Shown piece by piece: positions 49,365 to 58,871 of a stretch of DNA of 64,000 bases (position 1 is the first letter of the stretch; the number at the start of each line of letters is the position of its first letter). This stretch comes from a virus. The notes below the pieces were generated by a model. It did no database searches. It was not told the origin of the DNA and worked only from the letters and a program-made list of their open reading frames with translations. The stretch covers positions 1 to 64,000 of the IMG/VR virus record IMGVR_UViG_3300010883_021048; one strand, 5' to 3'. The position numbers and the translations under genes are program-made.

Positions 49365-50684
49365 TTAAAGAATACTAGATGCAATCGACGCGATATTAGA
49401 TCTTTGTCCTTTTACTAGTTGTACGTGAGCAGACTCAGGCCGGTCTTTAAACTTATGAATAACAATAGATAGCCCGTTACTTAATCTGTCAATATAAGGC
49501 GTGTCTATCTGATCTGTATCCCCAAGTAGCACAATCTTTGAGTTCTTTCCAACACGAGTTATGATGGTCTTAAGTTCATGGATAGTTGCATTTTGTGCTT
49601 CATCAACGATTACATAAGCATCGTTAAAAGTTCTACCTCTGATATATGACAGCGGCGCGACTTCTAGTTCTCCACGTTCCATCATCATCTGAAAGTACGT
49701 GAAGTCTTTATCTCCCATCATACATCTAAAATTGTCCATTATGGGTGCCAGCCAAGGTGACATCTTTTCACCAACATCACCTGGTAAATATCCTAAGTCT
49801 CTACCCACAGGTTGTATCGATCGACTTATTACAATACGGTTATACCTTCCTTCTTGTAGTCCGTCTAGGCCAGCCATCAGCGCAACATAAGTTTTACCAG
49901 ATCCAGCAAGTCCAGTTAGCGTAACTAACTCTATATCATCTCTTAATAGCGCTTCAACTGCAAATTTTTGCTCTTTATTTTTTGAACGAAAATTTGACAT
50001 GGCCGATCCAGGCTCGTGCTTTAAAGCTGTTAACATTCCGGCTCTGTATATTGCTAATCCGGAGCTGCTAGAGTCTGGCACACTCAATATAACAAACTCA
50101 TTTTCTTCTAGTCCTGCTATATCACCTTCGTACTCTAGCACTCCATCATCAAAGAAGATGTCCATTTCAGATTTCGTTATGTCTATATTTGCGCTACCTG
50201 AGTAATCTGCGTTATCATCCTCAAGATGATCTTTGTAGTAATCCTCAGAAGCGATTCCTAATGCATCGCACTTAACTCTTAGGTTAATGTCCTTGGTAAC
50301 TACTATAAGAGGTCTCTGGTCATCACTGTTAACCTCTGACAGGCACGCTGCAAGTATCTTGTTGTCTGGTCTATCTATCTTAAGACCACTCGGAAGAGAA
50401 TTAGCAGGCTCATCAATCTTTATTGTCACAGTTTGATCTTCTGCGTACTCAACAGGTACGTGCACTCCTTCATCTAATCTGCCATATTCACGAAGCTCAT
50501 CTAAAAATCTGTTTACATATCTAGCTGCTTCACCGATAACTCCTGGTTTTTCTTTAAACTTATCTATCTCATCTATGACTTGAAGTGGCAAGATAATATC
50601 ATTACCGTGGAAAGAATGTATAGACGCTTTGTCATACAATAATACACTGGTGTCTAGAACAAATCGCTTTCTATTACTACTCAA
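49365..50684 (-). CDS. phoH: PIN-PhoH fusion protein (PhoH2/YlaK-like)
   Basis: PIN: FVLDTSVLL, EIDKFK, DNKIL, TKDINLRVK. PhoH: GLAGSGKT, GYLPG, RGRTF, VDEAQN, GDTDQID. AGGAG RBS favours the TTG at 50684 (track start 50714). Confidence 0.92.
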   Translation of the reverse strand: MSSNRKRFVLDTSVLLYDKASIHSFHGNDIILPLQVIDEIDKFKEKPGVIGEAARYVNRFLDELREYGRLDEGVHVPVEYAEDQTVTIKIDEPANSLPSGLKIDRPDNKILAACLSEVNSDDQRPLIVVTKDINLRVKCDALGIASEDYYKDHLEDDNADYSGSANIDITKSEMDIFFDDGVLEYEGDIAGLEENEFVILSVPDSSSSGLAIYRAGMLTALKHEPGSAMSNFRSKNKEQKFAVEALLRDDIELVTLTGLAGSGKTYVALMAGLDGLQEGRYNRIVISRSIQPVGRDLGYLPGDVGEKMSPWLAPIMDNFRCMMGDKDFTYFQMMMERGELEVAPLSYIRGRTFNDAYVIVDEAQNATIHELKTIITRVGKNSKIVLLGDTDQIDTPYIDRLSNGLSIVIHKFKDRPESAHVQLVKGQRSNIASIASSIL

Positions 50685-50755
50685 AATAAAATCTCCTTGA
50701 AAATATACTACCATCCGTTATAAAATAATCTCTATATGGGTTGGAGGTAAAGCCT

Positions 50756-51064
50756 GTGGGTAAAAAAATTAGTAAAAAAGATCCTTCGTTATTAAATCTA
50801 ATAGAAGATGAACCAATTATAAAAAATGAAACGTGTTTTAATTTGCATAAGAGCCTGTTTACAACCTGTGAATACTCCGAATGCCGATATTGGCAAAACA
50901 TGGGAGGGTCTAATCAGAACTGCGTTATTAACGCTGCGTCGCAAGGACCATTCACTCTTCAAGAAGTTGGTGACATATTCGATGTAACAAGAATGAGGAT
51001 ATGTCAAATAGAAAAAGCGGCTAAACAATTGTTGAAATTTTCTCTGGAAAAAGAAGATATGTGA
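50756..51064 (+). CDS. Stand-alone sigma-70 region-4 HTH protein with a Cys/His-rich N-terminal part
   Basis: FTLQEVGDIFDVTRMRICQIEKAA matches sigma70 region 4.2 (TLEEVG..F.VTRERIRQIE.KA). GGAGG at 50743-47 favours the GTG at 50756. Confidence 0.8.
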   Translation: MGKKISKKDPSLLNLIEDEPIIKNETCFNLHKSLFTTCEYSECRYWQNMGGSNQNCVINAASQGPFTLQEVGDIFDVTRMRICQIEKAAKQLLKFSLEKEDM

Positions 51065-51100
51065 ACGTCTCATAATCAACTATAAGTATATACTTGAATA

Positions 51101-51136
51101 TAAAAAAAGAGAGGGGTTGCCCCCTCTCTTTAGTTT
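51101..51136 (-). terminator. Rho-independent terminator (possibly bidirectional)
   Basis: 11-bp stem AAAGAGAGGGG/CCCCTCTCTTT (51106-16 and 51121-31) with a TTGC loop; U-tract on the minus strand; lies between convergent genes. Confidence 0.85.
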
Positions 51137-51154
51137 AGACAAATGCAATTTTTT

Positions 51155-51352
51155 CTAGTCGTCAGCTTTTTGTGCCTCTAATGTAAGCTTTACAAGTCCA
51201 CCAGCTGCGTTCTTGAGGTCTCTTAAACCTTTTCTTGCGCGTACACCGGCTGACTTATTTCCATGAGCGTTCTTATGTACGTCAAGCTCAAGCTCTTCCA
51301 CTAGAGACTTAAGAGCCTCCCAACTTTCTAAAATTTTTGTTGAATCATTCAT
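51155..51352 (-). CDS. Histone H1-like protein, Hc1 family
   Basis: GNKSAGVRARKGLRDLK matches the Hc1 GNKAA..RARK motif. Confidence 0.75.
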   Translation of the reverse strand: MNDSTKILESWEALKSLVEELELDVHKNAHGNKSAGVRARKGLRDLKNAAGGLVKLTLEAQKADD

Positions 51353-51635
51353 TTCCTACTCCTTCGGGATATAAAATTTTGCTTTTATAGATATTATTTT
51401 CGTCTTCCCCAAGATCTTCCTGTGGGTCAACACACTTTTTAATAGATAACATAGCGTCTCTATCTTCTAGTTCTAAAGCCAATAATCCTATTATAAGCTT
51501 AATTTGGTTTTGAGAAACACCGAACCTTAATATTTCTTGGGCAATGTCTCTTGTTTTTTTCGAATCGTTTAACCAGTCAACGTCATCTTTTTCAACTGAC
51601 TTGTTGGCATCTGTTGTATCATTGAGTAAATTCAC
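51345..51635 (-). CDS. Hypothetical protein
   Basis: Overlaps both neighbours (coupled ORF). Confidence 0.6.
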   Translation of the reverse strand: MNLLNDTTDANKSVEKDDVDWLNDSKKTRDIAQEILRFGVSQNQIKLIIGLLALELEDRDAMLSIKKCVDPQEDLGEDENNIYKSKILYPEGVGNE

Positions 51636-52099
51636 TCTATAACCTCACTTCTTGAAAAGGGTTCGATTTCAAACTTGCCTTTTCCTTTATACTTTAAAAT
51701 TTTACCGGATTTTCTTCCGTCGTTAAATTCTTGTGATAAAACTATAAAGTCCCCGATACATTCTTCTTGAATCATGAAGTTGATATGTTCATAGTCTGGT
51801 AGTTCTTTTTTATAGCTTTCCAAAATATCTCTTACAGATTCTTTTAGTTGTAATGCTATATCTTCCATCGTTAAACTTGAATTTGTTCCTTCAAAATTGT
51901 TTAGTATCTCTGAACGACAAACTTCAAGTATTCTATGAACCACGCCACAATTGTTACATGTCACTAACTTCTCTATCGTTCTATTTTTTTCCTGTATGGA
52001 GAAAGCAATAAATTGATGGATAGGAGGATCAGTCCTGTTTTTCATAGTTGGAAGAATACACCTACAGGTTATTAGATGTTTTATTCCGATACGATTCAT
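51632..52099 (-). CDS. Hypothetical protein with putative Zn-binding cysteines
   Basis: CRC, CNNCGVVH and VCRSE motifs. Confidence 0.6.
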   Translation of the reverse strand: MNRIGIKHLITCRCILPTMKNRTDPPIHQFIAFSIQEKNRTIEKLVTCNNCGVVHRILEVCRSEILNNFEGTNSSLTMEDIALQLKESVRDILESYKKELPDYEHINFMIQEECIGDFIVLSQEFNDGRKSGKILKYKGKGKFEIEPFSRSEVIE

Positions 52100-52101
52100 G
52101 T

Positions 52102-52317
52102 CTACATATCTTTTGTTGCGAGGATTGTATTGATGCTCCAGTTGACTGCTTCTGCTAAATCTCTATTTGTCTTTAAAGCTTGCTCTCTAGTTAACATTCC
52201 GTCGTTAACTAAGCCCGCTACAACTTCGCCAATCTTATCTGTAGATAGCTGTCGCGCTTCTGTAAACGCTTCCAGGACAACTGTCTTCGGTACTTTCTTT
52301 GTGGTCTTTCTAGTCAT
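52102..52317 (-). CDS. Hypothetical protein
   Basis: AGGAG RBS and a promoter-like sequence upstream. Confidence 0.6.
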   Translation of the reverse strand: MTRKTTKKVPKTVVLEAFTEARQLSTDKIGEVVAGLVNDGMLTREQALKTNRDLAEAVNWSINTILATKDM

Positions 52318-52335
52318 TAGTATTCTCCTAAATGA

Positions 52336-52364
52336 ATTTTATAACCTATCTGCTACATTGTAAA
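52336..52364 (-). promoter_or_regulatory. Putative sigma70-type promoter TTTACA-17-TAAAAT
   Basis: Near-consensus hexamers with a 17-nt spacer in the intergenic gap. Confidence 0.55.
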
Positions 52365-52376
52365 TGCTATTTAAGG

Positions 52377-52856
52377 TCATTTTGCATACGCATCTGCTAA
52401 CCATGAAGATGCCCAAGAATCAGGCTTAACTACGCACTGATATCCTTGTGATTTTACCCATGATGTTGCAGATGTAAATACTTGGGAAGATTTATACTTC
52501 TTATTAGGGTTGATATCGAGATGTACAAACATAAGTTCTCGATTAAGAAATGTAGAGATCATGTTGGCCAATTGTAACGCTAGCTCTGCTTCCTTTAATA
52601 ATCTAAGTTTCATATTAAGAAACAAAGATCGATTATTCTTTGATCTAGCGAAAAAATATGTACCGCCTCTGCCGGGCTCATAAATCGCGACTACAATAGC
52701 AAATATACATTTGTCTTTTATAAAATGTGAATCACATCCAACGTGGACTTCTGATTGTAGCTTCTTATTTTTTACACGGTATAGAACTGTATCTAGGCAA
52801 AGCACATTTGAGCTAGCATCACACCACGTTAATGTGTCTAGCCTAATATTCTTCAT
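52377..52856 (-). CDS. RNase H-like YkuK (DUF458) family protein
   Basis: VHVGCDSH, RLLKEAELALQLA, VHLDINP, KPDSWASSWLAD. Confidence 0.8.
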   Translation of the reverse strand: MKNIRLDTLTWCDASSNVLCLDTVLYRVKNKKLQSEVHVGCDSHFIKDKCIFAIVVAIYEPGRGGTYFFARSKNNRSLFLNMKLRLLKEAELALQLANMISTFLNRELMFVHLDINPNKKYKSSQVFTSATSWVKSQGYQCVVKPDSWASSWLADAYAK

Positions 52857-54109
52857 GGCTCTAGTTCTAGTATAGCTTTGACATTATCTATGGACTTTCT
52901 ATCTTGTTGCGCTCTTTTTATAGCTTTTTGCGCTTCAATTTGTGGTAGATATTCTACAGGATATTTTTCATCCATCTTAATAATACCTTGCTGCGCACAT
53001 TTTGAAAAGTAAGTAAAAAATCCTGCAACCCTATCTTCTATAAGACCTTTCTCAGATTCGTCAAATTGTAAATGCAGCGATACATTCCTAGCTGACATTC
53101 TAGCTATTCTTTCAGACAAAATATCACGTACATCCGTAACTCTTTCTTTCTCTAGAAGATCTTGAAGTCTCATACGACTTCTTGTGGCTCTGAGTGATCC
53201 TTCATAATCTAGCATTATTCTAAGTGCACCATTTTTTGAGTCGTAAAAACAACTTTGTTCGCTATAATCATCTAACGCTATGCTACTTAATCTAATTCCT
53301 GTTTCATTAGACACTGGTACCACACCAGCTATAGAGCATACATCCTTTATTTCATTTATAGAAAACAAAGAGTCTTCAAGAACAAAAGGTATAACATTCG
53401 TTTTTCCTTGCTGCCAGTTTACTAATAGTGTATTTGCAACATCATCTGAAAACGAAGATGCAATTATAACCACTTTGCTCTTTGTGTTGTACGACGCTTC
53501 TAATATATGATGAATTTCGCTAACTTCCACGACAGCGCCGGCGACAGGTATTATATGACAATCTTCTATATGCATCGTTGGAAAGTGGGGCTTAAAAAAT
53601 TTGTCAATTTTGCATAATGTTCTAAACCCTTCGATCATTTCCGTGTAAGGTTTAAACTCTCCATATCCTAACTGCTTGGTGGATATACAACCTGTCGTAC
53701 CGGCCTTGTACAGGGCCTCTAAAAGCACACCCATATTTTCCTGTAGGAACTCATCATTATTTCGCTTAAGCCCTCTGTGTAGCGTTTCTGAGCTTATCCT
53801 ACTATGTACAGTTTCCAGTTTTGGACTTGTATCTGTAAGTGTTTGAAAGTAGAGAGGTAACGCAAACGGACATGTCTTGTTAATAGAGTTGATACTCGAT
53901 ATAAGAAGCTTATTAAGGGTTGGGGAACCTTCAAGCTCGCTACTAAGAAATAGTCTGAATGAATCGTTCCATCCTAAACTATATATTTTAGTACTTGTTA
54001 TTAGAGACTTTTCTCTGCTATCGACTCTTTTTTTGAAATCATGTATGTGGTTATATAGCTTTTTTTTTGAAGCGTCTAGCTGACAACCGATGATGATTTT
54101 ATTTTGCAT
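52853..54109 (-). CDS. Degenerate GroEL/chaperonin-like protein
   Basis: VSEIHHILEASYNTKSKVVIIASSFSDDVANTLLVN resembles the GroEL apical domain and LSERIARMS resembles LQERLAKLS; no GDGTT motif. Confidence 0.55.
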   Translation of the reverse strand: MQNKIIIGCQLDASKKKLYNHIHDFKKRVDSREKSLITSTKIYSLGWNDSFRLFLSSELEGSPTLNKLLISSINSINKTCPFALPLYFQTLTDTSPKLETVHSRISSETLHRGLKRNNDEFLQENMGVLLEALYKAGTTGCISTKQLGYGEFKPYTEMIEGFRTLCKIDKFFKPHFPTMHIEDCHIIPVAGAVVEVSEIHHILEASYNTKSKVVIIASSFSDDVANTLLVNWQQGKTNVIPFVLEDSLFSINEIKDVCSIAGVVPVSNETGIRLSSIALDDYSEQSCFYDSKNGALRIMLDYEGSLRATRSRMRLQDLLEKERVTDVRDILSERIARMSARNVSLHLQFDESEKGLIEDRVAGFFTYFSKCAQQGIIKMDEKYPVEYLPQIEAQKAIKRAQQDRKSIDNVKAILELEP

Positions 54110-54124
54110 ATTATACCGGTTCTG

Positions 54125-54409
54125 CTAGTGAACGCTAGGATCATACTTCTTATTCTTATTTAACACTTCTTTTTTTGTTGCATTAAAAAGCTTAGATAGC
54201 GCTTGACCGAGCTCTTCTGCTTGCTCATTTAGCAATTTTGCAGTTGACTCAACCTCTTGTTGTTTTTCTTTCTTTTCTTGGATCTGTAAGGCTAATCTTA
54301 CGAAAGCTATTACAGCGCTCCCACCTGCAAGAGATAGTCCCCAGGTGAGGCTTTGGAAAGATATTACTCCGGCGAACAATAAGAATAACTCTGGATAACC
54401 GACTTTCAT
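54125..54409 (-). CDS. Hypothetical membrane protein
   Basis: Hydrophobic N-terminal ~40 aa followed by a charged coiled coil; AGGAG RBS. Confidence 0.6.
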   Translation of the reverse strand: MKVGYPELFLLFAGVISFQSLTWGLSLAGGSAVIAFVRLALQIQEKKEKQQEVESTAKLLNEQAEELGQALSKLFNATKKEVLNKNKKYDPSVH

Positions 54410-54418
54410 TTTGTCTCC

Positions 54419-56350
54419 TTAGCTGTCACGCCAGAGGTTGTTACTAGCGTATACTAGAATCTCCTCAGCTGACTCAGCTGTATAACCATATTCGTCTATC
54501 AGCGTTTGTACCATAGAAGAATATTTTTGCTTTTGTTCATCGTCTCTAGTCTTTGACTTTGTAACGATTCTTGCTAAGTCTTTTACAGAAGTTATTAAAT
54601 AGGTCTCGATGGCTTCTTTAAGTGGCTCGTATGAAGTGTAATCAACGATCTCACTTCTTCTCATTTTAGAAAACATGTATGCTGTTACATCTGCACGAAA
54701 GCCGTCTTTACCAGATCCACTAACACCGATTGTTGACTCTATAGATCTCATAAAGTTTTCATCAGGAGTCATTTCTTCGTTAGTAACCCTATCTTTCATC
54801 TTACCCTTAGTTGTATACGCTTCTGCATTATCAAGATAGTTCTCGAATATTGCTTGAGCTTGCTCTTCGTACGCCGTTATAAATGCCTTCGCGATTTCAT
54901 TCTCTAGAATCTTAAGATATTCGTTTCTTACAACATTTCGAATTAATTCAAGACATCTTTCTTGGAATTCTCTATCTACAATTTGATCCTTGACCTGTTT
55001 GATCAATGAGTCCATAATAGAGATAGGAGTAATATAAGCTTTGTCTGAGTCACTTAAAGCGTTATCAACAGCCTTCATTATAAATCTAGTTGATATACCA
55101 TTCATGCCTTCTAGAGGAGCTTCATCCCTAAGATCCCTAATGTCTATTTTCTTAACTCGTCCCTTTTCAACAACTTCTTCGCCATTGTAGAGCTTGAGCT
55201 TTGTCAATAGATCACACTTTTGGCTTTCTTTGAGTCGACTTAAGATGGAGAACATCGAAGCAACCCTGATCGTGTGTGGTGCAATATGGGCTTTAAAGTT
55301 TGACCTAGACAATATCTTCTTGTAGATCTTAATCTCTTGTTCCAACTCTAACACGTAGGGTACATTAACCTTTACGACACGGTCAAGGATTGCTTCATTA
55401 GTGTGCTCGCTCTGAAAACGATTCCACTCTGATTCGTTACAATGCGCTAAGATAACTCCATCGAAGTACAGCATGTCGTGCTTACCGGGTGACGGAACCC
55501 TCTTCTCCTGTGTCGCAGTAATTATTGTGTGGAGAAATTCAATCTCATTCTTAAACACTTCTACGAGCTCTACAATACCTCTGTTACCAACGTTGAATGC
55601 ACCGTTTAGGGATAACGCTCTAGGGTCATCTTCAGAGTATTTATCAAGCTTAGAGATATCCTCAGAACCAATCAGTACTGAAACGTCTTGACTGTTCGCG
55701 TCCATCGGAGGAACTGATGCAACTCCTCTACGAGCTCTTTGAGAAAATGTTGTTTCAGATACCTTGAACTGCTCGTATTGTCCATCATAGTTTTCAAAGA
55801 GGAGATGTCGTGCAACTGGAGATAAGTCTCCTTCTATATGTACACCTAACATTTCGCCAAACTTATCTCTTAACGATCTAGGTAACAATTGCAACGGCTC
55901 ACCACGCTGAGGATCTCCATCAAGGTGATAGTAGGGCTGACCATCAAGAGACTTCTTAATGTGTTCAGTAAGCGCAGACTTTCCAGCCCCAACAGGACCC
56001 ATTAGTAAAAGTACTTGTCGGCTTTCTTCACCCTTAAGAGCTGCAGAACGTAGGTATCGCATTAATTTAGCGATGACGTCCTCCATACCAAAAAACTCTT
56101 CCTGGAAATAGTCGTATGTTCTTACGTTATCCCCGTTAAAAAGCTTATGCTTACGTGGATCTGAATCTTCCATCCTTCCAACACCGAAGGACGTAATTGA
56201 ATCGAATAGTCTTTTATGAGCATGATCAGCAATCTCTGGATCATTTTCTACTAAAGCCAAGTATTCAAGGAACGTGCCCTTAAACTTCTTAGTCTTCTTT
56301 TGTTGTCTTTGCTCTTTTATTATATCTAAATAGTTGTTTTTCTTGGACAT
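54419..56350 (-). CDS. prkA: PrkA/YeaG AAA+ serine protein kinase-family protein
   Basis: EEFFGME, LLLMGPVGAGKS, GAFNVGNRGIVELVEVFK, AHCNESEW, NEAILDR, HIAPH, EGMNGISTRF, YGYTAESA. Confidence 0.95.
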   Translation of the reverse strand: MSKKNNYLDIIKEQRQQKKTKKFKGTFLEYLALVENDPEIADHAHKRLFDSITSFGVGRMEDSDPRKHKLFNGDNVRTYDYFQEEFFGMEDVIAKLMRYLRSAALKGEESRQVLLLMGPVGAGKSALTEHIKKSLDGQPYYHLDGDPQRGEPLQLLPRSLRDKFGEMLGVHIEGDLSPVARHLLFENYDGQYEQFKVSETTFSQRARRGVASVPPMDANSQDVSVLIGSEDISKLDKYSEDDPRALSLNGAFNVGNRGIVELVEVFKNEIEFLHTIITATQEKRVPSPGKHDMLYFDGVILAHCNESEWNRFQSEHTNEAILDRVVKVNVPYVLELEQEIKIYKKILSRSNFKAHIAPHTIRVASMFSILSRLKESQKCDLLTKLKLYNGEEVVEKGRVKKIDIRDLRDEAPLEGMNGISTRFIMKAVDNALSDSDKAYITPISIMDSLIKQVKDQIVDREFQERCLELIRNVVRNEYLKILENEIAKAFITAYEEQAQAIFENYLDNAEAYTTKGKMKDRVTNEEMTPDENFMRSIESTIGVSGSGKDGFRADVTAYMFSKMRRSEIVDYTSYEPLKEAIETYLITSVKDLARIVTKSKTRDDEQKQKYSSMVQTLIDEYGYTAESAEEILVYASNNLWRDS

Positions 56351-56362
56351 TTTTTCCCCAAA

Positions 56363-57667
56363 TTAAATTTCAAACGGTTCATCTTCTATTATAGTGTCTA
56401 GTTTCACTACATCACCCCATAAAACACTTATGTGATGACATACCGCATCGGCATAGTCTAGTTCAAGATCCCTACCATCATGCTCATGAATAAGACACAG
56501 TACATTCGATTCATCCACGTTATCAACCGCTATATAAGGAATACTATTACCTCCGACCTGTTTGATTAGGTCTTCTCTAATATTTTTCCATCCTTTTTCA
56601 TCTGACACGTCATCTACCTTGTACTCATCCTTGTGCAAAGAATAACTAAACAGCTCTAATTCTTCGCAATCTTCTTGAGTTAAGTATTGTCTTATGAAGC
56701 TTTCGTCGTTTAAAGATTCTCTAGCTATGAAGCATTCTTCAAGACCATGTCTTTCTTCAATTTTACGAAATAGGTGGAATCCTAAGTGATAGGGATTAAT
56801 GGATCCAGGATGAGGTCTTACAACCTCATTATGTGTTTTAAGGAATGGGATATGCATCGATGAAGGAAGCTCGAGCTCATGCATTAATCTATAATGCCAA
56901 TATGATGCCCACCCCTCATTCATTATCTTTGTCCTGATTTGAGGCATAAAGTAGTGTGCCTCCTCCTCGACAATAGATATTAACTCTCTCTGCCATTCCT
57001 CTAAATTAGGGCTATAATCTGCTATAAACGCTAGAATGTTTTCTTCTTCCTTTATAGGAACCCTATTTACATCCGGGAGCTGTGGTGCGTTATCGTGTAA
57101 GCCAGACTTTATTTCTTTGACAAGCTGCTCTCTCTGTTCTTTTTGAGGCATGTATCTGCTATATCTTCTAGGTATATTCATGGATAAAGCATGTGCTGAA
57201 TCTAGTATTTTTTCAACAGCAGCTACGCCTATACTCGGATCCTCTATTAGCTTATCAACATAGCGCTTGGCGTTTCGCATTCTTAGTATAATGTTCTCTG
57301 GATGAGTATGCTGAAACGTTCTGTTATTCTTAAAGAAGTCAGAGTGTCCAATACAGTGCGCCATGATTAACACTTGTAGATACATAGGATTTTCTTCCAT
57401 TAAGTAAGCTAAAGACGGATTACTGTTAATAATAAGCTCATATGGAAGGCCCGTCTGGCCAGTGTTATACATTAAATGTTGACGTTCAAATGATTTCCCG
57501 AAACTCCAGTGGGCGTAGTGCGATGGCATACCATGATATGCCATTGACCCGATCATCTCGAAGTAGTCGCACGTTTCGTAGGCCAACTCAAACCAGTCAA
57601 GTCCATGCTCTTTTGCCATACCACATAGTATGTCATCCCACTTTTTAATTTCTTCTAAAAATGTCAT
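56363..57667 (-). CDS. spoVR: SpoVR/YcgB family protein
   Basis: GMPSHYAHWSFGK, YELIINSNPSLAYL, AHCIGHSDFFKNN, YFMPQIRTKIMNEGWASYWH, NPYHLG. Confidence 0.95.
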   Translation of the reverse strand: MTFLEEIKKWDDILCGMAKEHGLDWFELAYETCDYFEMIGSMAYHGMPSHYAHWSFGKSFERQHLMYNTGQTGLPYELIINSNPSLAYLMEENPMYLQVLIMAHCIGHSDFFKNNRTFQHTHPENIILRMRNAKRYVDKLIEDPSIGVAAVEKILDSAHALSMNIPRRYSRYMPQKEQREQLVKEIKSGLHDNAPQLPDVNRVPIKEEENILAFIADYSPNLEEWQRELISIVEEEAHYFMPQIRTKIMNEGWASYWHYRLMHELELPSSMHIPFLKTHNEVVRPHPGSINPYHLGFHLFRKIEERHGLEECFIARESLNDESFIRQYLTQEDCEELELFSYSLHKDEYKVDDVSDEKGWKNIREDLIKQVGGNSIPYIAVDNVDESNVLCLIHEHDGRDLELDYADAVCHHISVLWGDVVKLDTIIEDEPFEI

Positions 57668-58833
57668 ACTTCACCCTTAAAAAAACTGTTAAATGCTCCC
57701 CAAATATCTTCTTTGCTAGCGATTGTAGCTGTCTTTAGTTTGTCGTTTGACATGTCGCTAAACAGCGCCCCTAAGCTAGAATCTCTAAGCCAAGCTAATC
57801 TTTCTTGTGACGGTTCAATTTCACAATAGCCATAGAATTGCATCTTATGTAAAGACGCGTCAATGGCCTCTTTAACATTATCATTATCTGTTGGCCAGTT
57901 GTCTCCGTCAGAAGCGTGGAATGTGTATATGTTCCATGACGAAGGGTGATATCGTGAGTCTATAATATCATTGACCATCTTAATACCGGTTGAAGCTATA
58001 GTTCCACCAGAAGACCCTCTTTCAAAAAAGCTTTTTTCATCGACTTCGTAAGCTTGCGATTCATAGGCAACAAACACAATATCAACTTTGTCGTACCTTG
58101 ACCTTATAAAATGATAAAGCAAAAAGAAAAAGCTTCTTGATAAGAATTTTTTAGCAGTCCCCATAGATCCAGATATATCCATTAAGAAGAAGATTACTGC
58201 ATTGGACGTCTTCTTTTCTGTCACGGCGTAGTGCTTATATCTTAGGTCTTTCTCTATATACGAAAATGATTCTTCTGAGTCTTCCGACCTCTTACCGGAA
58301 AACTCATCTTTTTTCATACGCTTTATTCTCTGTATCGCAGACTTTTTCTTGTCTAGTCGAGGACGTATACCTTTTGATCTATATCCTCTGCGCTTTATCT
58401 TCTTAGACAAAACTTGGGAATTCTTCTTCTTCTCAAAGTTAGGGAGCTTTAGATCTTTAAACAGGTACTCTGCAACCTGATCAAGTGTAAGCTCTACCTC
58501 ATAAAATTCTTCGCCTGCTTCGTTTCCTGGCTTACCTGGTTTACCTTGGCCTTTCTTTTTTTCTTTTTTGCCAATAGTCTGACCACGTTGCACATCATTA
58601 TTCTCACCGGATCCAACAGAGTGTCTTCCATTATCTCCGTATACAAACCTATATTCTTTAATTCCCCTAACGGGTATCTTAAACTTCTTCTTGCCACTTT
58701 CGCCAATTATTGATTCTTCTGCGACAATGTTATGAATACCTTCTTTAATTGCTTTTTCAATCTTTTTACGATGCCGCGCCCGATCACCTGCTGACCGGTC
58801 TGCTATCGTTTTATGTTTTTTGAATATAGACAT
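57664..58833 (-). CDS. yeaH: YeaH/YhbH (DUF444) vWA-like protein
   Basis: KIPVRGIKEYRFVYG, DLRYKH, AVIFFLMDISGSM, SGGTIASTG, WNIYTFHASDGDNW. Confidence 0.93.
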   Translation of the reverse strand: MSIFKKHKTIADRSAGDRARHRKKIEKAIKEGIHNIVAEESIIGESGKKKFKIPVRGIKEYRFVYGDNGRHSVGSGENNDVQRGQTIGKKEKKKGQGKPGKPGNEAGEEFYEVELTLDQVAEYLFKDLKLPNFEKKKNSQVLSKKIKRRGYRSKGIRPRLDKKKSAIQRIKRMKKDEFSGKRSEDSEESFSYIEKDLRYKHYAVTEKKTSNAVIFFLMDISGSMGTAKKFLSRSFFFLLYHFIRSRYDKVDIVFVAYESQAYEVDEKSFFERGSSGGTIASTGIKMVNDIIDSRYHPSSWNIYTFHASDGDNWPTDNDNVKEAIDASLHKMQFYGYCEIEPSQERLAWLRDSSLGALFSDMSNDKLKTATIASKEDIWGAFNSFFKGEV

Positions 58834-58871
58834 TCGTATCCTTGCTTATATAAGATATAACTATTCGGCCT

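Noticed and set aside
50677-51079. Minus-strand ORFs 50677-50901 and 50798-51079
   Set aside because: They overlap the well-supported sigma region-4 gene on the opposite strand and have Phe-rich, shadow-like composition.
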